Part shown: positions 60,367-64,000 of the stretch, piece after piece | Layout: every line of letters begins with the position of its first letter | Position numbering within the stretch: the first letter of the stretch is position 1 | Source of the DNA: Lepidodermella squamata | Taxonomy: Eukaryota; Animalia; Gastrotricha | Assembly (NCBI GenBank): GCA_047495785.1 | Contig: JBLDXI010000046.1 | Location: 62,001 to 126,000 of the forward strand | DNA: 64,000 nucleotides | Direction: 5' to 3' | Program-made: the position numbers and the translations under genes | The notes under the pieces: generated by a model | Database searches by the model: none | Seen by the model: only the letters and a program-made list of their open reading frames with translations | Told to the model about the DNA's origin: nothing

Positions 60367-61458
60367 AATGACGGGGAACTCCCGTTGTCGTGGGGCGTGT
60401 TCGGCCTGTCGGTCTGTCGGTCGTCAAGGAGGATAGTGGTGTACGTAAAAAAAAACATCCAACTGCCCACTAAGGCGGGGAACTCCCGTCGTCGTGGGGC
60501 GTGTTCCGTCCGTCGTTCAAGTAGTATGTTAGTGTTGTCAAAAAATGAGTCCTATGTTTGAGGAGGATGTGTGCGTTGCAGTAAAAAATGCGTTGTCGTG
60601 TGACGGGGAACTCTCGATGATGTGGGTCTTGTTCCACTCTGTCGGTCCGTCGGCAAAAAGCATCAGTAAGGGGTGTTAAAAATTAATCCCATTTACAGGA
60701 GGATTAGGGTGTGCCAGTAAAAAATGCGCTCTGTGCCGTGGTGCCAGTCAATGACGCGGGCAGTTGTGCACACGACATGGGCTGACAAGCGTGACAGGTG
60801 ATTACCGTTTGCGCGACTTATTTTGCGCCACTCGGTTTGCGCGACGCGATCTGCTCGCCTATTACATGGTGTATATGCATGTTACGTGCCGCGCAAAATG
60901 AGTAGCCCAGACGGGAACCGCCCGTACTATTTTTGCATGTGCGGCGTGGCAACTTATGACCTGCGACTAACGGTAATAGCACATTACCAGACCCGCTTAC
61001 GTTTTCGTAAAAACCACTACGCTACGCATTCGCGCTATTTTAACCGTTGATAAGCTAATGTGACGTAAAACGTAAATGTTCAAATACTAGCACATTCATG
61101 ATTTGTAGCTAGAATTGAAGCCCACCTAAGCAACGATACATTGACTTGCAAGCCCATCTCAAAAAATAGCCCGGGCGCTACAACGTAATACGCGATAAGC
61201 TGCGAGATATGGACCCCAATGCTAAGTGGTGTATGTGACGGTTACCGAATGATTCTCAAATGAAGGATCGATTCCATCCGGGAATTGCGCCGTCGTCGCG
61301 TGTGCATGACACGCTACTTGGTTATATATGCGCAAAGCTGGACAGAAGTCAAAGATGTGCACGAAAACGTTATACCTAGGTCTTAGGTTATGCATGTTCA
61401 GAGTCACACGTGCCCACTGCCCACGTGATGACGAAGTCACGGAGTTCCCCGTCAACTG
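60366..61458. mobile_element. Non-autonomous TIR element with repeated subterminal motif
   Basis: tgacggggaactcc at ~60369, ~60475 and ~60601; inverse ggagttccccgtca at 61441. Confidence 0.55.
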
Positions 61459-61910
61459 TCAAAGGCCGCAGGCCGACAGTGGTAATTCACTAGAGAGCGA
61501 ACCTCGCTTGCCAATCCAAGTACTCGCTGTATTTCCCAAAATAAGAATGTGGCCATTTTAGCCAGAAAAACGAGCGAAACGAGAAAAATTTGAAGATGAT
61601 GCACAAAACGCGCTCCCCGTTCCAAAACCACTTCTCAAACGAAGTAAGGGACTAAATGTTCATTTTCTAGTCCGATCCGGCCAAGCTGGAGGGGATGATA
61701 CTTCCCATACCCCCTGAAAGTCTTATACTGGATCGTGGGTCCCACACTGTTCGAGTGCGTACTTCGTGCCTTCCGCCTACTCCAAGATACCGAAGAGGCG
61801 ATAAGATAATATTGTACACATGGATTGACCACAGATAAGAAAGATTCAACCATGACAAATTAAGATACATCCTAATTATTAGCTTCAAGTAATCATAGAT
61901 TCAACCAGAA

Positions 61911-62743
61911 ATGGCCTGGTTAGCTTTCACGACTTTGACGATATTTATCTCTTTGACAGGTAAGACAGATCGAGATATTTCGTGATGGAGGTTTTGATGT
62001 TAATGAAAATGCTTAGGTGTACCTAGAACTAGAAATTGAGTGCTTGACAAGTAATTGTATTGAGTCCTTCCATTCTTTTTCCAGTTTCTCAAGCCGATGA
62101 TTCTTTGGTTGGTTTCTGGCCACTTACCAGCCAGACCTATGTGAATGAAATCAGCCGCGGTTTGACTCCTTCGGCCATCTATTATCCTCTTTTGGACAAG
62201 TATGCCGGCCCTTTCGGGGAGATAAACACAGCCTACACCGTCAGCAACCCCACCGGCCGCTTAGCAACCTATAATGATATTTCACTGCCAAGCCCAGACT
62301 TCACAATTTCATTCTTCGTGAAAACAATTGATGAGCTTCAATTTACTATTTTGAGTTTTTACGAGAACTCGACTTCCTTCTTTCGCGTGGTTTTCCATCC
62401 CCCAAATTTAATCGGCTTCCAAGGCATACCGACTGATACTAGATTCCCTGTTATGCTGAACGGCACCAACCATTGGAACTTCATTTCAATCGTCTACTCG
62501 AGCTCTACGGGCTTTGTCGAAATGCATGGTGAAGATGGTTCGATGTTTCCGTTCGCGAAAGCCCTATTGCAGGTTCCTGCCTTGAATCCATCCACCTCCT
62601 CCTTTTCAATGGGCGGTGATGCCTCAAGTCAATTTGACATGACAAACTTAGATTCGCTTGCATGTATTACTCTTCATTCAAAAGCTCTAGCTGATAACGA
62701 AATCGCTCAATTGACGAGCAATTGTAAGGCTGTTCAGCCTTGA
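61911..62743 (+). CDS. Secreted LamG/ConA-like protein, copy 2; exons 61911-61959, 62085-62743
   Basis: Same 49-nt signal exon and intron phase; colinear with copy 1. Confidence 0.78.
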
Positions 62744-63240
62744 AACTGATTTCTTGAATAATAATAAAAATGTTTAGGACTCTGAATGACAAGCTAATAA
62801 ACATTCAACTACCCCTATTTCGTCTTCCAGAGGTATTAGGATCGTTGAGCTGGGGGTTACTGCAAGCAACCCCGAGCAGCGTAGTATGTACTTCGCTTCT
62901 GATGTGTTCTTCGAACTGTATTCTCGGCCCCTTTATTGAGTCGTCAATTTTTATATCAATTTCTTTCAGAGCAGAAAAGGCGATAGGGCTAAAATTTTAA
63001 GATCAAGGCTCAAGGTCAAGTTTTGAAAGTGATTTCCGTAAATAATGATGAATCACCATTCGATTTGAACGCTAAGCAGAAAACTATAACCTAGATAACA
63101 ATCAAACGGAAGGTAGCAACTGGGCGATAAGGCAAAAAACAAGATACCCAGCAAGAAAAAAGCTTATCTATATATTATATTAGGTCTCCGCGGTATTCAG
63201 TACTTCGTACTTCTTACCTAAATCAACATAGAGCTCTAGG

Positions 63241-64000
63241 ATGGCTTCGGTTTTTTCCATTATTCTGGCTGTGTTTGCCTCCATTTCAGGTATGAATCGA
63301 ATTTGATGACAAAACTGGGCGAATAAAAGGTAGAGCAGTCATTCTAATGATTTATAAGCGATACGGGATGAGCGCATTTAAAATTCGTACTGGGATTTGA
63401 ACATTTTCGGTCGATTTGAAGTTGAAATATGAGAATAGAAATGATATCTTTAACGAACAACCGTTTTCCTTTCTTCAGTTTCTTTGGCCGATGATTCACT
63501 TGTTGGTTTCTGGCCACTAACCAGCCAGACGTACGTGAACGAGATCAGCCGCGGCCTAGCTCCAAGCAGCGTCTACCAGCCTTTGTTAGACACAAAACCA
63601 GGCCCGTTTGGCCAGCCAAACACCGCATACACTACGACTAGGGTTGTAACGCAGGGTCGTTTAGCAGGTTTTAATGACATCCAGTTGCCCACTCCTGATT
63701 TTACCTTCTCATTCTTCGTGCGAACAACTGACACGAATATATTTACGATTGCAAGTTTTTACGATGACGCCTCAGCACATCTACGGGTTGTTTACTACCC
63801 TCCAAATCTGATCTCGCTCGACGGATCACCGAAAACTGTCAGATTTCCGATTCTATCCAATACGACCGAATGGAATTTCATTTCCCTTGTCTACACTAAT
63901 TCCACCGGGTTCGTTGAGGCTTATGGCCAGGATGGGTCTATGTTTCCATTTGCGAAGTTGCGACTACAAATTCCGGCGATGGATCCATCTAAAACAGCAT
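63241..64000 (+). CDS. Secreted LamG/ConA-like protein, copy 3 (runs off window); exons 63241-63289, 63479->64000
   Basis: MASVFSIILAVFASIS|VSLADDSLVGFWPLTSQTYVNEISR; missing from the ORF track because there is no stop inside the window. Confidence 0.75.

Noticed and set aside
60366-60650. Spaced direct repeats that look CRISPR-like
   Set aside because: Only three degenerate copies with irregular spacing, an inverted copy at 61441, no cas genes and a eukaryotic context; better explained as transposon subterminal repeats

Overview
Eukaryotic (metazoan invertebrate-type) genomic DNA with spliceosomal introns, dense transposon relics and several tandem gene families; no rRNA, tRNA or CRISPR seen. 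From left to right: a 3-exon GABA-B-like class C GPCR with no C-terminal tail, plus a 3' duplicate fused to a LINE endonuclease fragment. Next come six paralogues (five intact, one broken) of an unrecognised 4-exon secreted Cys/Thr/Pro-rich protein, interleaved with copia, P-element, LINE, MITE and hAT elements and with scraps of the neighbouring prolyl 4-hydroxylase gene. That prolyl 4-hydroxylase has a doubled TPR-like substrate-binding region. Further right: a 5-exon head-only SMC6-like gene (no coiled coil or hinge, degenerate ATPase motifs), an ankyrin/SOCS-box gene, three single-TM PPxY proteins, a secreted prepropeptide and three secreted LamG/ConA-like paralogues. Exon structures were assembled by hand from GT-AG sites and frame continuity. 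Family assignments rest on remembered motifs, not database searches.
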